From: Terriglobia bacterium
GTDB lineage: Bacteria > Acidobacteriota > Terriglobia > 20CM-2-55-15
Reading direction: 5' to 3'
Assembly: GCA_965218585.1 (NCBI GenBank)
Contig: CBDCLE010000017.1
Span: 128,001 to 192,000, forward strand
Length of the DNA stretch: 64,000 bases
Both the position numbers and the translations under genes were made by a program. Below, piece after piece: positions 1-9,578 of this stretch. Position 1 is the stretch's first letter. Each line of letters begins with the position of its first letter. The notes beneath the pieces were generated by a model. It made no database searches. It saw only the letters and a list, made by a program, of their open reading frames with translations, and had not been told where the DNA came from.

Positions 1-363
1 CTCGACTTAGAAGAAATCTATGAGACAGCACCCGTGGGCTTGTGCGTCTTTGATACGGACGTTCGGTACGTTCGCATCAACCGATACCTGGCAGCGATCA
101 ACGGCAAACCGGCTTCCGAACACGTTGGTCGATCGATTGAGGAAATGGCGCCCGAGGTGGCACCCACGGTGACACCGATGATCAAGAAGGTAATCGACAC
201 GGGTGAGCCGGTCTTCAATTGGGAAGTCATCAAACGAACGAACACGGGCGATTCTGAAACAGCTCAAGTTTTCCTTTGCACTTACCACCCACTCAGGACA
301 GTCGACGGCGAGATAGTTGGCATTTCGTCTGTTGTGCAGGAGGTCATTACAAAAGGTGTGTAA
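1..363 (+). pseudogene. PAS/PAC-domain protein (sensor fragment), begins before the window and is truncated by an IS256 insertion at 340
   Basis: Frame is open from base 1 (LDLEEIYETAPVGLCVFDTDVRYVRINRYLAAING...EHVGRS...YHPLR...GEIVGISSVVQE), a PAS_4 pattern. The last codons and the stop come from the IS terminal repeat. Confidence 0.75.
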
Positions 364-1616
364 AAGTCATCAGGCGGCGGCCTTCGATTTCATCACGACT
401 CTGATGCCGTCAGCGAATTGCTGGCCATCATAGACCTCTTGTAAGAGTTCGGATCCTTTTAAGTGTCGCCAAGCCTTCTCAGCGACACGTAGTAGCTTCC
501 AGATCATTGCCGTTGCATTCTCGACACGCTTGAATCGGCGAGCGGCGTTGGTGCGGAGACGAACCATGTCGAAGGGCGATTCGACGATGTTGGTCGTTCT
601 CAGATGCACCCAGTGTTGTTTCGGGAACTCATAGAAAGTAATCATCCGGTCCCAGTCCCGCAACAGCGTCTCACCCGCTTTGGGATAGTTCTTCTCATAT
701 CGGCGGACGAACTGATCCCGCTTTCGTTCGCAGGCCGCGCGGGAGTTCGCGAAGGCCATCCCATGAAGCAGCTGTCTGGCCGCGGGCTGCTCGGTCTTCG
801 GCAGATGATCGACCACGTTGATCGACTTGTGGTTCCAGCAGCGTTGTTCCTGGCCCTGGGGCTGTTGCTCGGCCAGCGCGGACCAGATGCCCAGGTGACC
901 GTCCGCGACAGTCAGCCGTCCCAGCTTCAGGCCCCGTCTCTGGAGATTGCGCAGAATGCGGCTCCAGGACTCCTTGCTTTCCCGCTGCCCGCTCTCACAG
1001 GCCAACAGCACTTTGCGCCCGTCTGACAAGGCTCCGATGATCACCAGCAATGCCGCTCGCTCTTTCGCGATCCCCGCTTTCACGTACAAGCCGTCTGCCC
1101 ACTGGTACACGACCTCGAGGCCGGACAGGTCCTGCTGGACCCACTCGTCATACTCCAACTGCCAGGTCGATTTCAGTCGTTGGATCGATGCTCGCGACAA
1201 CGGAGCGCCAGCGCCAAGCAGTCCGCGCATGGCCTGCTCGAAGTCCCCTGTGGCCAGACCGTGGAGGTAGAGATCGGGAAGTAGCTCGCCCAGCTGTTTC
1301 GATTTCCGTCGAAAATACGGCAGGATCTGACTCTCGAACCGCTCGGCGGTGTTTCGAACCCGAGGTCGTCGAACCTCCATCGTACCGTTCATCATTGCGA
1401 AGCGTCGCGGCTTCCCGTGACCGTTCCGGTATCCTCGTCGATTCGGACTCCGCTCCAACTTTTCCCGACCCAGAAATTGAGTGACTTCGTCCTCGAGCAG
1501 CTCCTGTAGCCAGACTTGGACCCGGGATCGCGCCCAGTCCTCCAAACCTTCATACGCGTTCGTTGACGCCACTGATGCCGGTATGTCCTTCTTCTTCATG
1601 GGTGGTGTACCTTTCT
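340..1616 (-). mobile_element. IS256-family element type A, copy 1, truncated (left IR and leader missing)
   Basis: Right end gaggtcattacaaaaggtgtgtaaaa at 340 matches copies at 29843 and 37608. Identity to the other copies stops at ...ggtggtgtacctttct (1616). Confidence 0.92.
370..1599 (-). CDS. IS256-family (Mutator-type DDE) transposase, intact ORF
   Basis: Motifs YRNGHGKPR, LYLHGLATGDF, WADGLY, VADGHLG, QRCWNHK, LRTTNIVES. Start ATG AAG AAG at 1599 follows RBS agaaagg. Confidence 0.95.
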   Translation of the reverse strand: MKKKDIPASVASTNAYEGLEDWARSRVQVWLQELLEDEVTQFLGREKLERSPNRRGYRNGHGKPRRFAMMNGTMEVRRPRVRNTAERFESQILPYFRRKSKQLGELLPDLYLHGLATGDFEQAMRGLLGAGAPLSRASIQRLKSTWQLEYDEWVQQDLSGLEVVYQWADGLYVKAGIAKERAALLVIIGALSDGRKVLLACESGQRESKESWSRILRNLQRRGLKLGRLTVADGHLGIWSALAEQQPQGQEQRCWNHKSINVVDHLPKTEQPAARQLLHGMAFANSRAACERKRDQFVRRYEKNYPKAGETLLRDWDRMITFYEFPKQHWVHLRTTNIVESPFDMVRLRTNAARRFKRVENATAMIWKLLRVAEKAWRHLKGSELLQEVYDGQQFADGIRVVMKSKAAA

Positions 1617-2171
1617 TGCCCGCAACCAATCGATAACGAAAGGATCCCCGGACCCGGGCGGCAAGATGTCGCTGGTGCTGTCAATCCTGCTGTTTCCGGC
1701 AAAGAACATCAGCTTGTTGGGCTGAGTGCTGGTTGGCAAAGGCGCAAACCACTGGTCACAAACGGCGAACTCGTTTGCCAGAAACGTTGTGATGGGCACG
1801 GCGCCCGGCCGTTGGAATCCCATCACTTCGGGTTCGGTCGGGTCAGGGATCTCGAAGCCTCTCTCTTGGGCATACTCGAAGTACGAACGGGCAAAGCCGT
1901 TCATACTGTGACCGTTGCCGCTTTTCGCAAGCTGGACGGCGATTCTCTCCCGTGCGTGTGGCGCATCGCCCGGCAACCACTTGTCTCCTGCTTCGAAGGG
2001 AAAGAACGACTTGCTGCCAAACCGATTCTCGTAGTCGGAGCGCTCAAGCGGGCGATGCAATCCGTTGACGTCCCTGCCGAGGTCGTAGCTGAGGTGTCCC
2101 AGCATGTGGTCGAAGGAGCGGTCTTCGAACATCAGATAGACGATCGTGTCAACGAGTCTGGGGTCTGTCAT
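1596..2171 (-). pseudogene. Phosphoesterase / phospholipase C family, N-terminal part only (3' truncated by fusion to the IS)
   Basis: IVYLMFEDRSFDHMLG (cf. ENRSFDH) and FAVCDQWF..LPTSTQPNK motifs. Only ~190 aa before the frame runs into IS sequence. Confidence 0.82.
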
Positions 2172-2490
2172 GAGCACCTCACGATTTGCTGTCCTCTATT
2201 CACACCGAGCCATGACCAGCCGACGGCCTGTCTCACCACGGCGGCCCGCACTCGCCAGGTCTGTCATGAAACTGTGCCTCACTAATCAGATAGGACGTAA
2301 TCTAACGCAAAATTCGTTTGGGAGCCTCGGGAAACTGGATCATATGCCGAGCTAAGCCACCTAAAAGAGCGGACCGTGAGAGACGGATCGAAAGCGGTAT
2401 TTCTGAATAAAATCAGCTTCAAGTCTCACCCAAGAGATGGACACCTTAGCAGGAGTCTAAATCACTGATTTAAAGGCTCAAAACGCGCTC

Positions 2491-2531
2491 CCCGCAAACC
2501 TACCCGCAAATAACCAATTTGCTTTACGGGT
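2491..2531. promoter_or_regulatory. Candidate operator upstream of the Fic gene
   Basis: cccgcaaa direct repeat, plus acccgcaaa...tttacgggt inverted repeat (1 mismatch), immediately upstream of a gene with a C-terminal wHTH. Confidence 0.3.
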
Positions 2532-2556
2532 ATTATTGGATATATTCTCGGCTATT

Positions 2557-3609
2557 ATGGCACTCGACCCTTTCAGAAACCTGGCTCTCACCTCCGATCT
2601 GCTCCGTCTGGTGGGGGAGATCGACGAGTTCAAAGGAGCCTGGCGGGCGCTGGGCAGCCTCGCGCCCGACCGCCTGGCGACCCTGCGCCGTGTGGCAACC
2701 GTGGAGTCGGTCGGCTCCTCGACGCGTATCGAGGGCGCGAAGCTCACCGACCGTGAAGTGGACCTGTTGTTGTCGAATCTGGATCTGGGCTCGTTCCGAA
2801 ACAGGGACGAACAGGAGGTTGCCGGGTATGCGGAAGCGACGAATACGGTTTTTGATTCCTGGAACCAGATTCCCCTGTCGGAAAATCACATCAAGCAGCT
2901 TCACGGCGTCCTTCTGAAGTTCTCCACGGAGGATACGCACCATCGGGGCCACTATAAGACCGTCGTGAACAACGTCGAGGCCTTCGACGAACACGGACGG
3001 AGTGTCGGCGTAATTTTTGAAACCGCGACTCCGTTCGACACGCCACGCATGATCCAGGAACTGGTGGCCTGGACACAGCAGGAGCTGAAAGATGATCGGC
3101 ACCATCCCCTGCTTGTAATCGCCGTATTCGTGGTGAGGTTTCTGGCCATCCATCCGTTTCAGGACGGCAACGGGAGACTTGCGCGCGTTCTAACCAACCT
3201 GCTGTTGCTGCGCTCCGGCTACGCGTACATGCCATACAGTTCGCTGGAGCGGGTTGTCGAAGAAAACCGGGAGCAGTACTATCGCGCGCTGCGCAGCGCT
3301 CAGGGAACCCTCGACCAGGGAGAATCCCACCTGTCCGACTGGCTGAGCTTCTTTCTGCTATGCCTGGTCTCGCAAAAGGATGTGTTGGCCCGGAAGGTCG
3401 AGCGAGAGCGACTGATGACGAGTCTTTCCGAACTGGACGAACGCATCCTCGAGCTCGCCCGGGAGCATGGCCGGACCACTTTGTCCGAAGTTGTGGCATT
3501 GACGCATGCAAACCGAAATACGCTCAAGCTGCACCTTCGAGGGCTGGTTCAGGCCGGCCATCTCCGACTGCTCGGACGGGGACGGGGGTCGTGGTACGAG
3601 ATCGCCTGA
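2557..3609 (+). CDS. Fic family protein with C-terminal winged helix
   Basis: Canonical HPFQDGNGRLAR motif, inhibitory-type SSTRIEG motif, C-terminal wHTH ending GRGRGSWY. ATG 2557 preferred over TTG 2536. Confidence 0.92.
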   Translation: MALDPFRNLALTSDLLRLVGEIDEFKGAWRALGSLAPDRLATLRRVATVESVGSSTRIEGAKLTDREVDLLLSNLDLGSFRNRDEQEVAGYAEATNTVFDSWNQIPLSENHIKQLHGVLLKFSTEDTHHRGHYKTVVNNVEAFDEHGRSVGVIFETATPFDTPRMIQELVAWTQQELKDDRHHPLLVIAVFVVRFLAIHPFQDGNGRLARVLTNLLLLRSGYAYMPYSSLERVVEENREQYYRALRSAQGTLDQGESHLSDWLSFFLLCLVSQKDVLARKVERERLMTSLSELDERILELAREHGRTTLSEVVALTHANRNTLKLHLRGLVQAGHLRLLGRGRGSWYEIA

Positions 3610-3921
3610 CTGGATTGATCGCCATGACTGTTCCTCCTAAGGGTACCCCATCTGTGGTCAGCGTCGAGAGTGCAAATCACTTCGGGCGATAACAGGCAGC
3701 CATAGGCGTCACGGGACGGTGCTTTTCTGTTGGGCATGCTGGGCTCATTAGTTCGTGACATGAGCCAATCCCTTTCAGTGTGGTTGCTCTGATAATCCCG
3801 CCGGCAGGATGCCCCTGAACATTTAAAAACGTCACACAGGTTGTCCGTATTGCACGGATCTGTTTCGCGACTACGTCTTTTTAGATAAGTCAATTCATCC
3901 ACCGATGACGGGAGGGACTGA

Positions 3922-5028
3922 TGGCGAGCAGGAAAGGAAAGGTGACGACAAAAGCCAGAGCGAAAACACGTTTCAAGCAAGACGATCGACAGAGCCGAGC
4001 TGAAATTCTGTGAAGAGCCGGTCGTGCCGGTTCGAGAATTCACGCCAGACATCGGCCCGGAGCGCGCGAGTCTCATTCGCAACTCCGACCGGAAATGGGC
4101 GAACGGAACGAAAACCCATTACCATTTCCTGACCTCACCAGCGGGTTGGGTCGGCAGTGCGGCCGAGAGGCGAAAAGCCCGGGACGGCTTCCGCGCGTGG
4201 AAGAAGGTCGGCATCGGTCTGGACTTCGAGGAGGTCTCCTCGATGGACGAAGCCGAAATCCGGATCGCATTCGAGCGGAACGCCGGGCACTGGTCCTACA
4301 TTGGCCGCGACGTTCTCGGCATTGCTCAGTCCGACCGAACCATGAACATCGACAAGGGCGACAACTGGACTGTTGACACCGCAATCCACGAAATCGGTCA
4401 TTCCCTGGGCTTCCCCCATGAACACCAAAACCCGAACGCCGGGATCGTTTGGAACGAGGAAGCCGTCTATGCCAATCTCGCCGCTCCGCCGAATCGATGG
4501 CCCCGAGAGAAAACTTTCCACAACATCATTCGCAAGCTCAACCCGGGAGACGTATCTGGCTCTGCCTGGGACAAGGATTCGATCATGCACTACCCGTTCA
4601 GGGCAGGCCTGATCGACCGTCCTGTCCGCTACCGGACGGAGTCGCTCCAGCCGACCCCCGGACTCTCGGCAGTCGACAAACGTGAGGTGAAATCCTTTTA
4701 TCCCCGCATTGGCCCCCGTGATCACCGCACGCTCGAAGCGTTCGAGTTTGTGCGTCTGTCTCTTGAGCCCAGGAAGCAGGTGAATTTCGTCATTCGCCCG
4801 GCCGCCACGCGCAGCTATCGCTTCAGCACCTTTGGACGGTCCGACACGGTCATGGTGCTTTTTGAGGACGTCAACGGAACCCCGCGTTTCAGCGTAGCTG
4901 ACGACGACGGCGGTTTCGATCGCAACGCTCGCTTCACGACGCGGTTATTCAAGGGAAGAACCTATTACCTGCGTGTTCGTCTCTACTTCCAGCATCGACG
5001 CGGCGACTTTGGCGTCATGATGTGGTGA
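3922..5028 (+). CDS. M12/astacin-like zinc metallopeptidase with C-terminal PPC-like domain (one apparent +1 frameshift near 3972)
   Basis: HEIGHSLGFPHEH zinc motif and SIMHY Met-turn. RBS ggaggg precedes ATG 3922. Removing one T from cgtttc joins this start to the 4024 ORF. Confidence 0.85.
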
Positions 5029-5466
5029 CTCGCCGGGAGATTCGCATGGTCGGCTTGACGCTCGACAAGGGGAGAACCGCATTTAAGAAGGCACGCGAGC
5101 TAAACGGAACGTCAACTCACCGGGAGGGACTTAATGATCAATTATTGGCCTCTCAAATTTCTTGAATCCAAAGTCGTCCGTCGCCGAACTGTGGCCGGAC
5201 TCCAGCAAATACGAGGCTTAATTCGAGATCAGATGCCTGAGCGTGCTCTTCAGCGTAAACTGGTTCTTGGAACCTGGAACATACGGAACTTCGATGACAA
5301 TCGTTTCGGCCACGGCCCCCGCCTGACGGAATCTCTGTTTTACATCGCCGAGGTTATTTCGGCCTTCGATGTCATCGCCATCCAGGAAACCGCAAGGGAT
5401 CTGACCCCGCTCAGGCAGGTGATGACCATCCTGGGCCGGCACTATGAACTCATCGTAACTGACGTC

Positions 5467-6852
5467 GAGTTATTGTCAAAAGTGGTGTTTTGCCGATTGA
5501 CTCAAGCGGCGGCCTGATCGACGTGGGTCACTTCGATTCCATCGTTGAATTTCACTCCAGTAATCACCTTGGGCAGATCATCGAATCCTCGTAATCGTCG
5601 CCAGTTCTTTTGAGCGCACTGTCCCAGTTTGAACATCATGTGCAGCATGCCAACCCGCGTCAGGCAACCCCTGGATCGCTTGGTTCGGTGGCGAATGGTA
5701 GCAAAGGTCGACTCAATGGGATTGGTCGTTCGGATGCTCTGCCAGTGCTTGGCCGGGAAGTTGAAGAAGGCCAGCAGTTCTTCTTTGTCTTTCTGGAGGC
5801 AGCGAGTGGCTTTCGGATACTTCGGCTCATAGGTTTCAATGAACAGATCGAATGCCTTCTCGGCGTCTGCCTGTGTCTGAGCCCGCCAGATCGCGTGCAA
5901 AGCCTGTTTCGCCTTCGCCTGGGCCGACTTCGGGAGCCCGTTCAGTACGTTCATGGTCTTGTGCATCCAGCAACGTTGGTGACGTGTCTCGGGATAGATT
6001 TCCTCCAGTGCGGCCCAGAATCCCATCGCACCGTCTCCGATGGCCAACTTCGGGATATTCATCCCACGCGACTTCAGCTTTAACAAGACCTCGCGCCAAC
6101 TCTGTGTCGATTCCCGGACACCGTCTTCGATTGCCAGAAAACGTTTCTCTCCGCGTTGATTCGCGCCGATCACCACCAGTGCGCACAACTTGGTTTCTTC
6201 GGCCCGCAGTCCGCTGTAGATACCGTCGGCCCAGACATAGACCCAGCGATCGGCATCCAATCGCTCCTCGCATCCCCGGCGGTACTGCTCGGCCCAGACC
6301 TGTTTCAACCGCGATACCGTGCTCGCCGACAGGCCCTGCGCCTGGGGTCCGACAAGAACTTTTAGAGCGTCACCCATCTCGCCGCTGGAGACGCCTTTCA
6401 AATACAACCACGGCACCGCTGCTTCCAGCGATTTCGTTTTCCGAATGTAGGGAGGTACCAGGGCCGACCGGAACGTTACCGGGTCGCCAGTCTTCGCTCG
6501 GACTTTCGGGATCTGGACCGTTACCGGCCCCAAACCGGTCTGCAGTTCACGTTCAGGCAGATAACCGTTGCGCACCACCCCGGCGTTGCCCGTCTCGGTT
6601 CTCCGATCGCCGTGGTGGGATAGCAGTTCCGCCAATTCGGTTTCCACCGCGCGTTGGATCAGTTGCTGAGCTCCAACTCGTAGTAGCTCTGTTATCGGAT
6701 CCTCAATCGTCTCTCGACCCTCCGGTCCAGTCACGTTACTCTTGCTCATAGTGGCGTATCTCCCTTGGTTGCTTTGAAGTCTGGTAAACAACAAATCAAC
6801 CAGATACGCCGCTCTTCCTCAATCCCTTAAACACCAGATTCGGTTATAACTC
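5467..6852 (-). mobile_element. IS256-family element type B, copy 1 (1386 bp) with 9-bp TSD actgacgtc
   Basis: Imperfect terminal IRs gagttattgtcaaaagtggtgttt / aaacaccagattcggttataactc. Direct repeats at 5458-5466 and 6853-6861. Confidence 0.95.
5502..6749 (-). CDS. IS256-family transposase (type B)
   Basis: VVRNGYLPER, LYLKGVSSG, WADGIY, IGDGAMGFW, QRCWMHK, IRTTNPIES. Confidence 0.95.
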   Translation of the reverse strand: MSKSNVTGPEGRETIEDPITELLRVGAQQLIQRAVETELAELLSHHGDRRTETGNAGVVRNGYLPERELQTGLGPVTVQIPKVRAKTGDPVTFRSALVPPYIRKTKSLEAAVPWLYLKGVSSGEMGDALKVLVGPQAQGLSASTVSRLKQVWAEQYRRGCEERLDADRWVYVWADGIYSGLRAEETKLCALVVIGANQRGEKRFLAIEDGVRESTQSWREVLLKLKSRGMNIPKLAIGDGAMGFWAALEEIYPETRHQRCWMHKTMNVLNGLPKSAQAKAKQALHAIWRAQTQADAEKAFDLFIETYEPKYPKATRCLQKDKEELLAFFNFPAKHWQSIRTTNPIESTFATIRHRTKRSRGCLTRVGMLHMMFKLGQCAQKNWRRLRGFDDLPKVITGVKFNDGIEVTHVDQAAA

Positions 6853-7821
6853 ACTGACGTCACAGAGGGGCCCAGTGGGAACCTGGAGCGCCTCGCCTTC
6901 ATTTACGACACGAACAAAGTATGGTTTCGCGACATCGCAGGAGAGATCGTCCTGCCTTTCAAGAAGCAGATCAGCGATGTCACAAAGCGCAGATAGTTTG
7001 CTAGAACGCCGTTTACGTGTGCTTTCCAATCCGGTTGGTTCAAATTCGTCCTGTCTACGGTCCACATCTACTACGGCAAACAGTCCAAGACGAGCAATGA
7101 ATATAAAAGACGCGTCCGGGGAAATCGAGGGCATAGCGAAATTCCTCAAGGACCGAGCCGATGACGAAAAGGACAACTACATTCTCGTCGGTGACTTCAA
7201 CATTGATAAGCCGGGCGACCCCACCTTTAACGCTTTAGCGGATCAAGGGTTTTCGCTGTTTCAGAACAAGATCGGTAGCAACCAGAAGAAGACCAAACAT
7301 TATGACCAGATCTCATGGCTGCCCTCAGAACCGGGATTACTACAAACCGAGGGCGATCGAAATCAAGGAGTGCTGGACGTCTTCTCGGCCGTATTCAAGG
7401 AAACAGACTTTCCGAAGTACAAGAGAATTGTCGTAAAGACTCTCAAGAACAAACTCGATAGAGCCAAGTCTGCTCTCGAAAAGGCAAAGAAAGGCGGGAA
7501 CGCCAAAAAGCTTAAGACTGCTCGGAAAGCAGTTGCCAATCTGGAAGGCATTCTGGCAAAGGAAGACGAACTTAAGAAATACTTCACCGGCACCTAGCGC
7601 ACCTTCCAGCTCAGCGATCATCTCCCCCTCTGGGTCGAACTCGACACTGATTTCAGTGCCGAGTATCTGGAATCGCTCGCGGCGGGGACTTTCACCATCG
7701 AAGAAACGTTGCGAGACGACAGTCTTGCGATCAGCCTGAGGGACAGAGGCGGTTGATATCAACGATATGGTTCAGGTCAGTTCATATTCTTGGGAGGGTG
7801 AGGGCGTTGATAGCGGACAGG

Positions 7822-8313
7822 TCACTTCTCGTACGGGTTCATCCGGCGGGCAAAAAGGCGCATCTCTTCCTGCCGGGCCTTACAATTCGCCGCGTCGGAG
7901 AGTCGACCTTCGCGCCGGTACAGATCTTCCAATTGACCGAGACAGAAAAGATAGTCGCTCAGAGAGTCTTCGTAACCTTCGAAAAGAGCCTCATGGACTC
8001 CCGGGCGTCCCTGACCCTCGCTCGGTGCAGTACCGTCCTTTCCCCATGGCAGCGTGTTCTCTTCCTTCCAGGTTACGAGAATTTCATAGGTTTCCGGGTC
8101 TTCCAGAAACAGCGCGTAGCCCTTCAGAAAAAGGCCGAAAGCGCGCTGATAAAGTTCCCGGGCGGACTCAAGGTTATCGGCGTCGCCGTCAAACGTCATC
8201 TTCTGGGCCTGTTCGACCAACGGCAAGAACTGCTCACCTGCGACCCCGCTGCATACGATTCGAACACGCTCCATGTACAGCTCCACGTCGGGTGCTCCTT
8301 GCGGATCACTCAT
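7822..8313 (-). CDS. Hypothetical helical (TPR-like) protein
   Basis: RBS aaggag. TPR-like segment LFCLGQLEDLYRREGRLSDA. Confidence 0.55.
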   Translation of the reverse strand: MSDPQGAPDVELYMERVRIVCSGVAGEQFLPLVEQAQKMTFDGDADNLESARELYQRAFGLFLKGYALFLEDPETYEILVTWKEENTLPWGKDGTAPSEGQGRPGVHEALFEGYEDSLSDYLFCLGQLEDLYRREGRLSDAANCKARQEEMRLFARRMNPYEK

Positions 8314-8423
8314 AGTTGTCTCCTTCCGCGCTGCAGACAGCCATACCAGTCTAGTCGGTCGAGAGGCTTCGGGACAAATTGGGCTACCCTCCCATGGGCT
8401 ACGGTTACGGTTGAAACACAGAT

Positions 8424-8843
8424 ATGCTAAACGATCAGATTCGATACCGCAGTGGCTACAAATACCAACTGGTAAATGATTACTCGTTGAGAGTCAGCGT
8501 TCGGCCGGAAGAGAATATTGCAACCGAGTTCATCGAACTCACCGTCGAGGGAATGCTTCTGATTCGCAGAGGTTATGCGTGGGATGGACCGTCGGGACCC
8601 ACGATCGACACGAAAGACTTCATGCGCGGGTCGTTGGTTCACGATGCCCTGTATCAATTGATGCGGAACGAGAAGATTTCCCGGCACGAGTGGCGAGACG
8701 AAGCGGACATGGAACTGAAGAGGATTTGCCTCGAAGACGGCATGTTCAGGATCCGCGCCTGGTGGGTCCATCGGGGTGTCCGGGTCGGAGCAGGACCCGC
8801 AGCATCTCCGGAAGAGAAGAAGAAGGAGCACGTGGCGCCGTGA
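8424..8843 (+). CDS. DUF1353-like protein
   Basis: GYAWDGPS...SLVHDALYQ...EAD motif pattern. Confidence 0.7.
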   Translation: MLNDQIRYRSGYKYQLVNDYSLRVSVRPEENIATEFIELTVEGMLLIRRGYAWDGPSGPTIDTKDFMRGSLVHDALYQLMRNEKISRHEWRDEADMELKRICLEDGMFRIRAWWVHRGVRVGAGPAASPEEKKKEHVAP

Positions 8844-8908
8844 ACCACGAAAGATCGCTCTCTATTGCCACCTGAGACAGAGCGATTCTGAGTGCCTCGA
8901 GAGAAACC

Positions 8909-9316
8909 CTAACGTTCGATGATGTCGAAGTAGATCCCCGATCTGGCATAGTCTCCCAGGTCGCACGCCCACTCGTACCCACCTGCGGTCAAACCCAACT
9001 GACCGTCCTCAGGAAGCGGCGGGTCGAAGGACAGTGTATCCAGGGAACCGTTCTCGACGGTCGGGACCATGGCTAAACCCTGCCATTTGGTTTCCCCCGT
9101 ATAGGTGTCAACCAGTTGACAGCTGACTGTACTATCTCTGTCTTCCTTGTCCCACTGAACGTTCATTTTCAGGGCTTCGCCTTCATAAAAGGCAGGCCTG
9201 GACCCGCCTCTAAAATCCGTTACGCGGACCTCGAACGGTGCACGGCACGCAGCGGAAAACATGAACGCAACGACCGAAATGAGTGCAAGTCGTTGAAAAC
9301 TTTTGGATCGATTCAC
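8909..9316 (-). CDS. Hypothetical lipoprotein (Ig-like beta sandwich likely)
   Basis: RBS aggagg, GTG start, lipobox FSAAC. Confidence 0.55.
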   Translation of the reverse strand: MNRSKSFQRLALISVVAFMFSAACRAPFEVRVTDFRGGSRPAFYEGEALKMNVQWDKEDRDSTVSCQLVDTYTGETKWQGLAMVPTVENGSLDTLSFDPPLPEDGQLGLTAGGYEWACDLGDYARSGIYFDIIER

Positions 9317-9578
9317 CTGAGCTACCTCCTGCCAACTACTCTCAAAATGTCTTGGGCCGTCGCCGGACACCAGGCCGATGCCGGACCAGCCCACTCGTCG
9401 AGTTCATTCTGCTGGGAAGGTAATAGCAGTTATGTGACCAAGAGTTGCGGCAACCGGCGAGAAGCCGTTGGGAACCAGTAAAGTCGTTTACTCAAAAGGA
9501 GTTGAAAAGAATCCGGAACCGGACGATCATACGAACTCTGTCTATGAAATCAATCCACGCACTAATCAGGAGGTTGCC

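Larger units (their letters stand above)
5134..7738 (+). pseudogene. Endonuclease/exonuclease/phosphatase (EEP) family gene, IS-disrupted and further decayed
   Basis: GTWNIRNF and IAIQE before the IS; GNLERLAFIYD, FARTPF, TVHIYYG, LVGDFNI, HYDQI and SDHLPLWVE after it. In-frame TAG stops near 6993 and 7595 and a frameshift near 7115. Confidence 0.88.
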
